Shown here: positions 31,476 through 48,835 of the stretch, one piece after another
Position numbering within the stretch: position 1 is the first letter of the stretch
Layout: each line of letters starts with the position of its first letter
NCBI RefSeq assembly: GCF_009914755.1
Contig: NC_060933.1
Source of the DNA: the human T2T-CHM13v2.0 reference genome, Homo sapiens
DNA: 64,000 bases
Strand: one strand, 5' to 3'
Made by a program: the position numbers and the translations under genes
Notes under the pieces: model-generated
Database searches by the model: none
The model's input: the letters and a program-made list of their open reading frames with translations, nothing else
What the model was told of the DNA's origin: nothing

Positions 31476-31515
31476 GATTTTATTTTTCTAGCTTGCTTTT
31501 TCAAGAGAAACCATC

Positions 31516-31685
31516 TTTTATTTATTTGTTTGTTTATTTTTTTAGAGACAAGGTCTTGCTATGTTACCCAGGCACAGTGGTGTGATCATAGCTCACTGCA
31601 GCCCCAAATTCCTGGGCTCAAGTGATCCTCTCACCTCAGCCTCCTGCATAGCTGGGACTATAGGCATGTGCCAACACACCTGGCT
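31516..31685 (-). mobile_element. Alu monomer (FRAM/AluJ right arm)
   Basis: Diverged single arm. Confidence 0.82.
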
Positions 31686-32111
31686 TAAAAGCCATCTTAA
31701 GTGGCCAAATAAGACACTGGGAATTTGATTAGGGATACAAATAATTGATTTTTTTTTTTCATGGATCTTTATGGAGAAAGGAGTCTGAGATGAGTGTGGA
31801 CACCTGAGTCCCTGACCAAGAGAAGCCTTGTGCAGCATGTCAGACAGACAGCAGATCCTGAAGCTCCATTCAGTTGTGACATGTACCAATTTAAGATGTG
31901 AAAATGAGTGTTTTGCCAAGCCAGAACTGTCCGTGCCAAGAAAAGCCCATTAGGTTGGTGGCTGAAAGGCTGGATTGTTAGGATGTACTGAATGGTGAGG
32001 CCCTGCCAGCTGCTGCGGGTAAATGCCCACTTACATGTCTAAGTACTCATTCTGTTCCCCTGGAGTGGGGTCCAGTTTGTTCAAGAAACATGGCTGCTGT
32101 GTGAGAGGCTG

Positions 32112-32536
<425 letters not shown>

Positions 32537-33311
32537 TAAGGTGAATTTAGGTAAAACATCAAGAGAACTAACAAATAGACAACAAATAAGCTATAAACAG
32601 GTACCATAAATAGGCTGTTAAACGAAACTGTCATTTGAACCGTAATATTTGCCCATCATTTATTCATTCCTCAAGGGCTAATTGAATATCTGAATGATCT
32701 TGCTGCAGTGTTGGGCAGGGCCCTCTATCTCAGCAAGCTTCTAGTCATGTAGGATAGACAGACTTTTGCACAACCAACAGTATTGGAAAGCCTAAATAGG
32801 AAGTGAGATGAAGCATGGAAAAATGTTTTTTGGAGTTCAGCCAAGGAGAGCGTTTTGACTTGGAGGTTTCATTCCTTCATTCAGATTCTTGTGGACGACG
32901 TAAAAATGTAAGCAGGTGGGTGCAAGTGTGGGTATGTATGTATGTCTCTACCCTTGCCTTCCTTGGAGAAAACTGGAAATAAGACATGAAAGAAATGGGG
33001 ACAAGGAAACTAAGATTTGCTAGGAACTCTAGACCAGCAGCTGGAGGTAGGTATTGTAATTCACATTTGAAAACCGAGGTTCAGAAAGATGATTGGCCTT
33101 GAATAGTGTTTTAAAATGCTGGAAGCAGTAGTTGGACTCCCAAGCTGCTAAGCCATGTCTGGAAATTGGGTGGTGGGTGGTGCAGCTCATTTTGTGTCCT
33201 GTTCTACTGTCACTGTCTTGGAAGGGAAGTTTAAAGAAGTTTTAAATGTCTAGCACAGTGCTGGCTCATACGATGTGTTCAATGCCTGTTTTTCGCCTTG
33301 CTTCCTCTAAA

Positions 33312-33562
33312 CCAGGTGTTCTCAACCTCGGCATTAGTGACAGCCTGTTCTGGATAGTTTTCTGTTGTGGGGGCTGTCTTGTGCATTGTATTTTAGGATA
33401 GGATATTTATAATAGGATGTTTAGCAGCATCCATGGACTCTACCCACTGGATGCCAGTAACAGCCACCTCCTCACACTCTTTATGACAGCCAAAAATGTC
33501 TCCAGACATTGCTAAATGTGTGAGGGGGCGCAAAATTCCCCCACCCTCTGTAGAGAACCACA
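33312..33562. mobile_element. MER20 (hAT-Charlie)
   Basis: TTCTCAACC...GTTTAGCAGCATCC...CTCTACCCACTGGATGCCAGTA...AAAAATGTCTCCAGACATTGC...GAGAACCAC. Confidence 0.9.
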
Positions 33563-34618
33563 GGACTACAAGATCAAGAGAGATCAGTCTTGACTGATGT
33601 GCTTAGGAGGCTAGAGCTGGTGTAGGGAAGGAGGAGCCTGCACCTAGTGGGCAAAGAAAACACCCCTGTGGAATGAGATGAGAGAAGATATTGACCTTGG
33701 GTGTCCAGAGCTGGTGAGGGGAGAGAAAAGGCTGCCAGATGGTCTGAGCGTGAGGTCTAGGGCAGTTGCTGTTGTACTTTGATTTGTATGGACTGTCCCA
33801 GGAGTGCGTAGTTTCCTGTGTCCCAGAGGTCTGGGCTGAGACAGACAATGGGTATGACCTGGAGAACCTGCTGGTGAGGCTTGTGGGTGTCAGAGCCCTG
33901 TTGAATCACTTTTCCCTCTCCATTCAAATAGCCACTGCAATTCCATACCTATTTGTATAATTACTTTCAAATGTCATTCTCTTCCTTAAGACTGGAAGCT
34001 CCCATGATCTAGGTCTGTGACTTGTTTTCTGGTTATTGAATTGAGCACAAGAACCAGCCCCAAATTGAACATTTAAGTGAGTGACATGAATGAATGATGG
34101 AAGGAGGGTTCGCATTAATTGTTGGATTGAACAAAGCCCGACACGATTAAATGTAACAGATACAAAGATGAAGCCAGACAATTAAGTTGGAGAGAAAAAG
34201 CAATTGCTCAAATTCAGCAGCAGGGAGACTTGTCATGACAGTGTCCTTTTGGAGAAGAGTCTGAGAGCTTTGATAATTACAAATGTCTATGGAACCCATA
34301 TCCTCGTGACTGCATTAAGAAGAAAATACAGCTTTTGTCTATACCATAGAAATTGAATGTCTGCAATGGGAGTTGCTGGTTTCTCTGTTTTCTCTGTTTT
34401 TGCTGAGGTCATTCTGCATCTGGGACATGAGAGTGTTCTGTTCTGGGAGAGACACTGACAAACTTGGGGGAGTCCAAAGAAGGCAAAAGCTGGAGAACCC
34501 GAGTATCTCATGAATAATGTATTTTACTTAGCTATGGAGTCAAGCACCATGTGCATCTTTTTGTAAATATTACTGCATGTAATTCCTCAAACTAGCCTCT
34601 TATGGGGATCCTCTATTT

Positions 34619-34819
34619 CAGAGCTTGGCAGACATTTTATGTAAAGATAGTAAATATGGTAAGCTTCGTGGGCCACATGGTTTCTGTTGCAACAACTCAA
34701 CTCTGTTTTAACTCAAAAGCAGCCACAGACATTATGTGTCCAAAAGGGTGTGGCTGTGTTCTAATAAAAACAGGCAATGGTCTGGATTTACCCTGTGGGC
34801 CATGATTTGCTAAGCCCTG
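34619..34819. mobile_element. MER58A-like, within MIR remnants
   Basis: GATAGTAAATAT...TCTGTTGCAACAACTCAACTCTG...AAAGCAGCCACAGACA...GGCTGTGTTCTAATAAAA. Confidence 0.82.
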
Positions 34820-37473
34820 CTCTGTTTTATTGATGAATAAACAAAGGCTTAAAGAGATTAAATAATTTAATATGCTGAAATGAGTAAGTGGCAGAACTGA
34901 AATTGAGCTCTGAGCCTCTCTGGCTCTGAAGCCCATGAAAACACACATAGATGGTCTTTTGGATGGGGATAGGCTTGTTTTGGGGGCACTGGGGGTCAGT
35001 GGTGGGAGCCATGAGGAGGCAGAGGTTGGCTTAGTAGGAAGAACTCAGCTGTCCAATAGCAGAGCAGACTGCAAGTGAGGTCACAAGTGGTGGACACTGC
35101 AGTGTTTGCACTAAATACCCACCTGGTGGGGATATTGAGGAAAAGATTGCCGATTTGGGGAGGAAATTGAGCTGATAGCCTCTGAGGATCCCTTCCAACT
35201 CTGTGGATCTGTGGTCATCAACAAAGGGGACCACGTGGGTAACAGCTTCCACCAGGGTGCTCTTGAGCAGGAGCTGCGGGGCAAGTAGCTGCCGTTTTCT
35301 TCCCATTCTCAGAGTCCATCCTGCTGACCTCTCCTGCCCACTCCTAATGACCCTTTCCTGCAGGTCGGTCTTACCAGCCTCCCCCCATTTCCCTGCAGTG
35401 GTCAGCGGGTGCCCTTGCCCCCCTTTCCCTAGCTCCCAGCTCTCACCGCACACTCAGCTGAATCCCCAGGGAGAACACAAAGCAGAGAGTTGTACAGTTA
35501 TGGGCTTGTATCCCAGTCAGCGCATCCCTGCCTCTGAAGGGATGCAGATGAATGTGGCCTCTTGCTGTTTTATGCCAACTTGGAGTTCACTCTCTGGCTG
35601 TACTTGCCGCCCCCCAGCTTCTGCCCTTCTCCTTGGTGTGGAAGCTGGGATTCTGTCTCCAGCATTACTCCAATTTTTCCCTTGTGTCTCTACTGGATTC
35701 CAGATCCTCTTGCACACTGCCAGCGTTGCAGCATCCATACTGTTGGGGCTCAAGAGCCAGCCAGGTCATAGCTGTGGTCTAGGCCATATCGGGTTCTCCC
35801 AGCGGGCCCGTTCTCCCTGGGGTTAAGTCCAGCCGTGGCAAACACGGAGTTTCTGCCTTGCCTTTCCTACTGAGCAGGCCTCATGAGTCATGAGTCATGG
35901 CCCCGCAACTTCCCATTGCTATCTGACCTTGCTTCCCCCTGCTCTGTCCCAAGGGTGATATCCTGCTTGCTGTCTTGGTGATTGTTTCTAAACTGCCTAA
36001 TAGCTGTGATTTTTTTTTTCAGGCTGATTTCTAATTTTTCTTCAATGTCAGGTAACTCCTTGTTTCTTATTCTCTTAGGCCTCTGGTTTCTGCCTTTCCA
36101 GCAGGCTGGATGGTTTAGCATGCTGCGTGTGTGGCCAGGGGCAGCCCACATGGCTTAATTAGCTCTTCAGCCCCCTGGCAGGAGGTGTGAAGAATGCTTC
36201 CTACAGTATGTAGGCACCCTGCGATTGGGGCATTTTCCCATGTGCTAGGTTCGGTGGATTGGAGAAGCTTGAAGGGGTGGATTTGGAGGATATTGTGCAA
36301 AAGGAAGGTGTGGCAGTCAGGGTGCTGGCAGGGAACTGGGCCCTTCTGATGGTCCGGATGTAGGTTATGGGATGGTCAGGTACGTACTATCTGGCAGCAG
36401 AAGGGGAGCCTGTACCATGCCTAGGGCTGCACTGGAGTCATAGAGGGGGGTCACCAGTACATGCCACTTCAGGGAAGAAACATCACAACCTCTCTCTTCC
36501 TGCCCCCATAGTCCCACCAGTGCCTCTCATTAGCCAAACCTAACAGGAACCACCTGCAGGGAGCCACCCAGGGTGGTGCAGTGTGTAGGAGAGTGAAGAA
36601 TGCGATTGGGGGCAGGGGAGGACAGACAGATGGGACAGATGGAGAATAACCAGGAAGGGGCATCCACTTAGTGGGCACCGATAGCAGGCTTGCTACATTA
36701 CTGCTTTCCTCCGGGGGTGCAGGTGGTCAGTATCTGCAGAACCCATCTGCTGGGCCTCTCTTCTTCTCGGTGGACTGGGTTTATAATCCATTTTCCCTCT
36801 GAAGGCATTCCTGAGACTCAAGCAGTGTCCTCCTTTTGCAAACTCCTGGGGTAATTCCTCATTGACACATTCATCCAGCACTGAGACTCCCCACTGTTCT
36901 CTCCCCCACCTCTCTCTCTGTGTGCCCATCTTTCCTAGATTGTGAGCCCGTAAAGTGTAATCATTCTTTTGTTCCCCACATCTTGCAAGACCCTTCAGAA
37001 ACACCTATTGTCTGATGATCATTTCATTAACTGGTCAGAATTACAAAATCCTGAACTGAAGGATTGTAGCCATGGTTCCTGTGAGTTTTAAAGGTAAACT
37101 GAGGAATTGCCGAAAAGTTCCTTAAGATGCATAGTGTGTTGTGCACGTTTTCATCCTTGGCATAACCCTGTGAGGTGACAGCCCCATAAAAGTGCAAAGT
37201 GGGTCCCAGATCACTCTCTGCTAGCTGGGGTAGAGTAAGCTTCAGATAAAATGGCTGTTTCCTTTCCATCCCATTGATGATTTTCCCCAAATCTATTGGT
37301 ACTTATTACCATGTTAGCTTGTCCCAGTGTCATATTTTTAGATTTGAAAGCAGAATGGGAAGGTGAGTCTAGTGGGAATAAAATGTGGTTGACCGCATTT
37401 CTACTACACAAGAGGAAATGGGCACCAGTGATCATGGGTGCCTGGGTCCCAATCTGCCCCATAGCACGGGTAG

Positions 37474-37890
<417 letters not shown>

Positions 37891-40800
37891 ATATTTGCCC
37901 TTTAAAAGGGAAAACCTAAGGAAACTGATGTTAACCCTTTGCCATCGTCAATCTCATTGATGTCGGCCAGTCAATCCTGTCAAATCTTGCTCTTTTTTTA
38001 ATGATGCTTGAAAATTGGAGCCTCACAACTGTTTACTAGGTGGGTCTAGGATGGTAATTTCTGGAAATGACTGTAGACTATGCCAAATGTCTTTTTAGCC
38101 TGTTATCTGACCATGCCCAGATGGCTTAACTTTTCTCTAGCAGTGTCACTTTTTCCTTATTTCTCTGTATCTGTGGAGTAGCGTAGAACCGTATGTACAA
38201 AGGTTTCTGCTGACATATCAGTGTCTACACAGCTATGTGGGTATCCATGTTGGTGCCTGAAGAGTCTGGCCCGCGCCCAGTATTTGGCAGCTGTAAAATG
38301 TTAGATGAACTTCCACCCTCAGTAAAATCAGCCACCCCTTCAAAAGAGTCACAGGCATCCATCCAGTAATATCTTTCCAGGAAAAAAAAAAAAAAGATTT
38401 ACGTGTAGTCAAGAAAAAGTAGAGATCGCAGGAAGCACTGCTCTGAGCAGATTAGAACAGAGGATTTCGCAAGAGGTGCTCCTTGGCCAAGTCGAGTAAG
38501 TAACATCGGACTGATAGGAGGAAGAGCAGCTTAGCTTGGGGCCCTGTGCCCAGTCCTGCTTGTTTAGGCCTTTGTCCCTGTCTGCTTTCCTGGGGCTGGG
38601 GCTCTGGGCCCGGCCGATGCCCCTGGTCCCAACCCCAGCTTTATCACTGGGTTCAGCAAGGGGCCCTGGAGAGCAGGCAGCAATGGCAGGCACCTCCCGC
38701 ATGCACCATTACCTTCATTCCTCTTCTCAGGTTTCCACAGTTGCCCCTATAAAAAGACTGCTGTTGGCCCATGCCAAGTACTCTGGAATAGACAGGAGTG
38801 GTATTTCCGCCCTCTTGGAGGGTTGGTGTTTACCAGTGTCCCCCTTCGCTGCAACCCAATGGCAATTGTATTGCCCCGGTGCTCCAGGAATCTGAGGATG
38901 ATTGGTTGATTTCCTATGATTTCTGGGAGAGTAGTTTACCCAAACCTTTTATGAACCAAAGCCATACTCCCTGGGAGTGTCTGGCTGATCATGTCAGAGA
39001 CATCTGCCTGGTGGATTGGGGCTGTCACGTGACCAGTGGCCCGCTCTGTCTGCTGCCCAGTACTGCCAATTGGGGAGTGTCCTTCTGCCTTTTTCTCTGC
39101 CCTATGTCTGGGACACAGGGATGGCAGCCAGGCCCAGGAGCACCCAGCATCCTCCAAGCAATGAGGTAGCACTGCTTCTGACTTTTCCTCAGGATCTGGT
39201 CTTTTTCCATGACAATGAGGTGGGGCCCAACCTTCTCGAAAGTGGCATTGTTTCTGCACAGTTGTAACTGCTCTCAGGGGTGTCAGTGAAGTAGGGGTGG
39301 GAGGGAAGCCATGGGATGCTGAGAGAATAGGGCCGAGAGGACATACCTGCTCTCCAGCTTGGCCTTTGATCCAGACACTAGGGACGAGGCTGTCACTGTG
39401 GGTGCCTTTGTTAGTGTTTGTGTGTTTGAGTAGTCTGAAATGCTGTGACTTTTTTTTTTTTTTGTTAATAAAGATAAGGAAACAAACAGAAAAAAGGAAA
39501 TTGGAGCTTCCAAAAGGAAGAAGGAAGTCTTAATATAGAATTGACTTCTTCCCAGGTAAGTTTTAATTGCTTCTTATGCTTGTAGAAAGGTGTATCATGT
39601 GTTCTAATAGGTTAGGATTTAATTATGGCTTAAAATTAGTTCTATAGGAAGAGCTTGGAGTTGCACCTAGGGAGAAGAAGCAGAGGGTTCCAGAATTGTG
39701 TAAACGGATTGATGGAAAAATAGGCTTCTGGTGCTGAGGGTTCAGGAGCCTTGCCAGCATCACAACAAGGTGTGAATTAGCCTCCTCGCACTCTGGGAGG
39801 AAGTGGAGGAACTGCTGGGGTGTGAGGCTGTGAAAGGACCTTGGAGAGCCAAGTCCTCCCTGTTCAGACAGGGACAGGCACAGCTGGAGACAGCAGTTTT
39901 CAGCTCTGTGGAACTCTTGTTCTCTGGGTTGCACTTCTTCCTGTGATAATAAAGAGGTTGAAGACAGGAAGACAGGTGCTTGAAAGCCGGAAGACAAGGG
40001 GAAAGTTGTTTGAAGCAGGTGTTTAAAAATCCGCCACTTTGGGGGGATGAATTAGGATATCGGTAACAATTTTATAGCCTATATGGTTTCTTTTTGACCC
40101 TCGAAGATAGGTGGGAAGTGGTTTTCTATACTTCTTTTAAAAACTGGGAAACCAGAGCTTAAAGAAGTTAAGCTTGAGGCAGCAGAGTTCAATGCACTGG
40201 TGAATTGAAATGTTTGTGTGTGTATACATACATACCTGTGTGCGTACATACATAGGTATATATACATACTCAGTATAAATATACATGCACATATATCTAT
40301 ACATGTACTGATACAAAGGGTATATAATACAATTTACAACTAATAACAAACTATGTGCACTCTTTATTATAAATTCCATTCAGCCAATGTAGGCTCACAG
40401 AATGCTTTTATTGATTTTTACTGTGGCCAACCTATGACTGACAATGGTTTGACAGAGTTGCATTCCAATTCACTAGTTTTTTACCTAGTAAATTTATTAC
40501 CATTAAATCTAATATGTGATCTACTGTTAGACTATTTCTCACCTTGTACAAATTATGTTCCTTAAGCTGAGCTTCATTTTGGCTTCAGCACTGCTGATTG
40601 CAATAGTGCTAGCTATGTTTTAAGCTTTTGGTGTTGTTGCAGGGGTTGAAGCATTGTTGGATTCTGTATCACCTAAGGGTGTCTGTGTTTAGCAACCAGG
40701 TCATGAAATTCCTGAAAAATGAACAGTTGTCTCTTGTGAGCCAGCACAGGCAGGCTGGAGCACATCACTAGCTCCATTGTCAAGGTCTGGAAAGGCAGGT

Positions 40801-41215
40801 GCTTGTCTGTCTTATTCAGTCTTTAGCCCCAGACCCAGGGAGGTGCTGAATGTATGATTAGAGATTCAGTGAATATTGGTGAGATGGATGAATGAGGTTT
40901 CAAAGCTGGGACCAGGAGCCAGTCCATGGGACTCCAGTTCTTATCCCATGAGGACAAGGTCCAGGGTGGGCATTGAAGAATCACAGGAAAGGAGGGGCAC
41001 CAGAGACCGTCTCCACTGTCAGAACTCAGCTGCCATGTCCTGCCTTCCGCTAGGATGTCAGCACTGGGGCACTGTGGTACAAAGAAGAGGAGAAGGATGA
41101 CATCTCATTTAGTGTACTTTTTTTCCAGCTTTATCCAATCTTTTGGCAATTTTATTCCCCATCATTTAGGAAAGAGAAGACCTTCTTATCTAGCAGTTTG
41201 ATGACTTATGGTAGT

Positions 41216-41621
41216 TGCTTTGGTTTGAATATTTATCCCCTCAAAACTCATGTTCAAACTTAATCTCCAGTATGGCAGTGTTGAGAGGTGAGGCTTTTAA
41301 GAGGTGATTGGGAAGGCAGAGCCTTCATGAATGGATTAATTCATACGTGGGTTAGTGGATGAAAGGGCTAATGGATTAATGCGTTATCGTGGGAGTGCCA
41401 CTGGTGGCTTTATAAGAGGAAGAGAGGCCCAAGCATATTTAGTGAGCATTTTCTTGCCCTCTTGCCATGCGATGCCCTCTGCCATGTTTTGATGCAGCAA
41501 GAAGATGCTCACCAGGTGCCAGCGCCATGCTCTTAGACTTCCCAGCCTCCAGGACCACGAGCTGAATAAATTGCTTTTATTTATAAATTGCCCATTCTGC
41601 AACAGAAAATGGACTAAGACA
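41216..41621 (+). mobile_element. MST (MSTD-like) MaLR solo LTR
   Basis: TG...CA ends, CAAAACTCATGTT, AATAAA ~41565, ACTAAGACA; 5-bp TSD GTAGT at 41211-41215 and 41622-41626. Confidence 0.9.
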
Positions 41622-41699
41622 GTAGTCACCAACAATACTTAACTAGAATGGCCAGTTATGGAGAACAAGAGTTATATTTTTGTTCTCAGACAGGTCCCT

Positions 41700-43240
<1,541 letters not shown>

Positions 43241-44050
43241 TTTGAGGGCTGGCTGGATTCAACCAGGGAGATTTCCTGCACTGTTGGTAGCTGTAGGGAA
43301 TCAGCAAAGCTGCTGTTTCCAGGAGCTCTTGTGAGCTGGGGAGTGAAGAGCTTCAGAAATGAAGCTTGAGCTAGACTGATGAAATCCCACTCTAGGAAAA
43401 TACAAGCCTTACGGTGTTTATGTTTGCTATATTCAGAATCACAGGCATGCTAGTGAGTGCACTGTCTAAACATGTTGAAAGATGGTCTGCAGTATCTCTA
43501 CTCAGCGAGGTGGATGAAACAGGTACAGCCCATGAGAGGCAAGTTAGTGTCTTGGATAAGGCGTTCCTGGTGGATGAGCCATTTGTGCCCCGATAGAGGT
43601 TCTTACAGAGGAGGGGCTGGAGTCCACTGATGCTCTGGGCCTCTCCCTGGGGGAAGGGGTGCCTGTTTCTCTTGGCCCAAAGGCCCTGCACATTCCAGCA
43701 TGCCCTGACCTTGGAACTGTTCCTCAGGTCTCTGGGCCCACTGCATCTCTCCTCCCACAGCTGGACCTGAGAGTCAGGGAGCACCTCTTGTATGCCAGCC
43801 ATGCTGGGTCTGGGACCCCCTCACCCTCAGGGCCCTCAGGTGGTTCCCTCAGGCTGCAGCGGACATAGAGATCAGTTCTGTGTGTTCCCTAAGCTGACGT
43901 GGAAAGTTGGGAAGCACACGCTTGAGCCCTTGAACTTCCTCTTTCTCAGAGCCTAACAGTAGAGCCGGGGTGGGTTTCTTGCCAGAACTACCTCCTCGCA
44001 GAATCCCAGGAGACACCAGCCAGGTCCTTTCACACCCCAAACAGTGTGAA

Positions 44051-44534
44051 TGCGCATGTTTACAGCAGCACAATTCGCAATTGCAAAAATGTGGAACCAA
44101 TCCAAATGCCCATCAATCAAAAAGTGGATAAAGAAACTATGGTATATATACATGATAGAATACTACTCGGCCCTAAAAAGGAATGAATTAATGGCAATTG
44201 CAGTAAACCGATGAGATTGGAGACAATGATTCTAAGTGAAGTAACTCAAGAATGGAAAACTAAATATTGTATGTTCTCACTCATAAGAGGGAGCTAAGCT
44301 ATGAGGATGCAAAGGCATAAGAATGACACAATAGACTTTGGGGACTTAGAGGGAAAGGGTGGGAAGGGGGTGAGAAATAAAAGACTACAAATGGGGTGCA
44401 TTGTTTACTGCTCGGGTGATGGATGCACCAAAATTTCACAGATCCCCACTAAAGAACTTGCTCATGTAACTGAACACCACCTGTTCCCCAATAACCTATG
44501 GAGATAAAAAGATTAAAAACAGAAACAAAAACCG
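44051..44534 (+). mobile_element. 5'-truncated L1PB-like element
   Basis: CAATTCGCAATTGCAAAAA...CTATGAGGATGCAAAGGCATAAGAATGA...ATAACCTATGG, A-rich tail; TSD AACAGTGTGAA at 44040-44050 and 44535-44545. Confidence 0.9.
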
Positions 44535-44724
44535 AACAGTGTGAACAGTGCACCCTGAGGTCTCCCTGGGGTCCCTTGTACCCCTCAGGAGCCTGTGGAT
44601 GACCCTGTGCAAACAGTTGGGTGGAAGACTGTGTCTTCCTGTGTGTTTGGATGAGTACCAGAACTTTCTGCGTCTGTTTTTCACCCTACCCAATGCAGTG
44701 CTTACCTAAAAAATGCGTTGAATA

Positions 44725-45033
<309 letters not shown>

Positions 45034-45489
45034 AAAAAATGCGTTGAATAAACGAAGGCCAAAATGTCAGTTTCCAAAAAGAACCTGAGGCGGTTCTTTG
45101 GTCAGAGCAGCCCTGTTAGGGCTGAGGGCCTCGGTTCCACCTCCTCCATGTTTTCCTCTCTCTTCCCACTGTGAGCTCTCTCAGACCTGGCACTGTGGCC
45201 GCTCCCAGCTCCTCGCACCCAGCATGGGGCAGGTGCTGAATGTCTGAGGAGCTTAATTTCCCCTCCCTCTTGCCTTCTGCCTGGGGTGAGGGCTCAGTTG
45301 CTCTGAAGCTCATGACCAGGCTTAATAGTCAGTTGAGCTATAGGCCTGCAGATCGAGTATCCCTTTAAGTTTGTTTTTAAAATATTAAATTTACCAAGAA
45401 ACAGTAAATATTTAAAATTTTTGTTGGGTTTTGCTCTTTTACTGATTTCTACTAGATTTTTTGGCTCCTTTTAAAGGTATAATTTATAT

Positions 45490-45625
45490 GCTAGGAGTGG
45501 TGTCTCATGCCTGTAATCCTAGCACTTTGGGAGACTGAGGCAAGAGGATCGCTTACAGCCAGGAATTCAGCCCCAGCCTGGGCAATGTAGCAAGACCCTG
45601 TCTCTACAATTAAAAAAAAAAAAAC
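45490..45625 (+). mobile_element. FLAM-like Alu monomer in an antisense L1ME fragment (~45640-46040)
   Basis: Left-arm monomer with poly-A; downstream L1ME-like text. Confidence 0.8.
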
Positions 45626-47664
45626 AGAAGGAAAAAAGGTATAGTTTGTGTTCAGTAACATTCACACCTTTTAATATGCAATTCTGAGTTTTAACAAATG
45701 CATAGTCATGGAACTACTACTGCAATCAGGACGTATAATAGTTCATAATCCCCTAAATTTCCATGTGTGTATTAGAGTTAATGCTCCCCACCTCCCTTCA
45801 TCTGGCAACCACTGTCAGTTTTCTGTTCTTGCAGTGTCTCCTTTTCAAGACAGACACAGAAATAGAATCATGGCATATATACCTTTTAAGTTTGGCTAGC
45901 ATCACACATTTGTAATTCATCCACATTGCTGTCTACGTTAATAGTTCATCTCTTTTTTATTGCTGAGTTTTCTGTTGTATGAATATGCTACAGTCTGTTC
46001 ACTCACCAACTGAATGACATTTGGATTTTTCCAATGCCTTCCTGGTATCTATTTCCCTCCATTAGTCTATGGGAAGCTTTCTAGAGAATCATTGTGATTC
46101 TAACCAGGTATATTTGGTATTTTTTTTGAGGGCAAAGGTTTTTGGGCAGCGTCCCCCAAGTCATCCTGTATAATTGTGTACTGAGTGGTCCTTTATGGTG
46201 ATGAGATGGTAGTGGTGGTGTCGCCGTGCCCAAGTCTGATTGACAGCTAACCATTCAGCCATCCTTGGTTATTCTCTCCTCTCTCTGGTGAACAACATAC
46301 CTTCTTTGATGTTGATGCCAATTAGACATGTTATAAGGACTTCTCTGAAAACTCAGAACCCAAACATAACCATCCCCATATGCTGTTTCTACTTCAAAAA
46401 CAGTTGGAGGATTGTAAGACAGAATTTCTTCCCATTAGCAGTGGGGGCCAAGAAGGAAGGGGAAGAAAGAACCAGTTGCCCAGGGCCTTTGACTGTGAAA
46501 GAGGACACCTGAAGGTGAAGGACCCATGACATTGTTAATTGTGATTATTTAGCTGATGGAAACAAAATTCCATAAACATTCTGTAAGAGCAAAGCCTGGT
46601 GTAGAGATTCATTCTGTCTCTTTAGGTGTTGGTCTCCCAGTGACTGTAAAACCACCCAAGGGTGGCATTGAAGACACTTGCTTTTGCCCTTGACTTATGT
46701 GCTCTTGAGCATTGTACGTCCTTGGGCTAATCGCTTGCCTTCAGATCTTCTGCTCTAGGTTGAGGGGCTTGGAGGAGATGGGCCTCTTGGCTCTCTGACA
46801 CTGAATCCTTCCTCTCAGGCCCAGTAGTCTTTGCGGCCTGTTGGGTCTGCAAGTCTAGAAACAGCAACTCCATGCCACGGGAACGTTTCTGCTTCCATTG
46901 TTACTCACCGGCCTTACACGGATGACCATGTGCTGTACAGGGAATGCCAGGGCTGGCCAAGCTGGCTCCAGCAGAGCACAAAATAGAGCTTGCTCCTGCT
47001 GAGGTGAGGTCCGTTCCTGGAATTAGATGCTCTCTGCATCTAGGTCTATCAGGAAGGTGAGCTGGCAAAAGATCCCTAAAGCCTTTAAACATCACTTAAA
47101 TAGGTGTGTGTGCAAAATTGTCTTCCATTAACAAATATGTCAAAACACAAGCCTAATGTTTTCTTTGGACAGTTTCCAAACACTGAGCTTCTTTCTGAAC
47201 TGTTACTGGCCGGATTATTGGGACTATTCCCAGGTGTTTATTTCACATCCTCCTCTTTTTGCAAGTGACATTTAAAATACTTCTTCGAAGCACACACATT
47301 AAGCCAGGAGAAAAATCCTAGGATGGGAAGCAATCTTATGGCTGAGACCTTGTCTGCGAACAATTGTTTGCTGACCAAAATGCCGAAGTCATTAATCCTC
47401 CTTTCTACTGACTTTGAAATGGAAAATTAAATTTCAGAAACCTTTTGATTGCACACATGCATCCCACAATGTTTCATACACCAATACATATATAGGTAGT
47501 TTGAATTCTGTGCACCAAGCCACTTGCACTGACACTGATACTAATGTACTGTGAGAGAGCAGCATACTTTAAACACTTGCCGATGTGAATCAGACTTGAG
47601 AGAACTTGAGCGTGCGTAAGCACCTTGATGTCTTATCCATTTGGAAGCTTATTGTTACAGTGCG

Positions 47665-47995
<331 letters not shown>

Positions 47996-48121
47996 TAATC
48001 CCTCTTCCTGGAATGCTCTTGCTCCAGAGAGCCACAAAGCTAACTTTCATCTCCTGCAGCGTTTGTTCAGATGTCACTTTCTCAGTGAAGCCAAACTGAC
48101 CTTCCTATAAAAATCACCTCC

Positions 48122-48835
<714 letters not shown>

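Noticed and set aside
35203-35826. 207-aa ORF in intron 2
   Set aside because: GTG start, no recognisable domain, no supporting exon structure.
47166-47176. TGGACAGTTT resembling the start of DAPK1 exon 3 (GQF)
   Set aside because: No acceptor AG before it and no continuation into AVVKKC.
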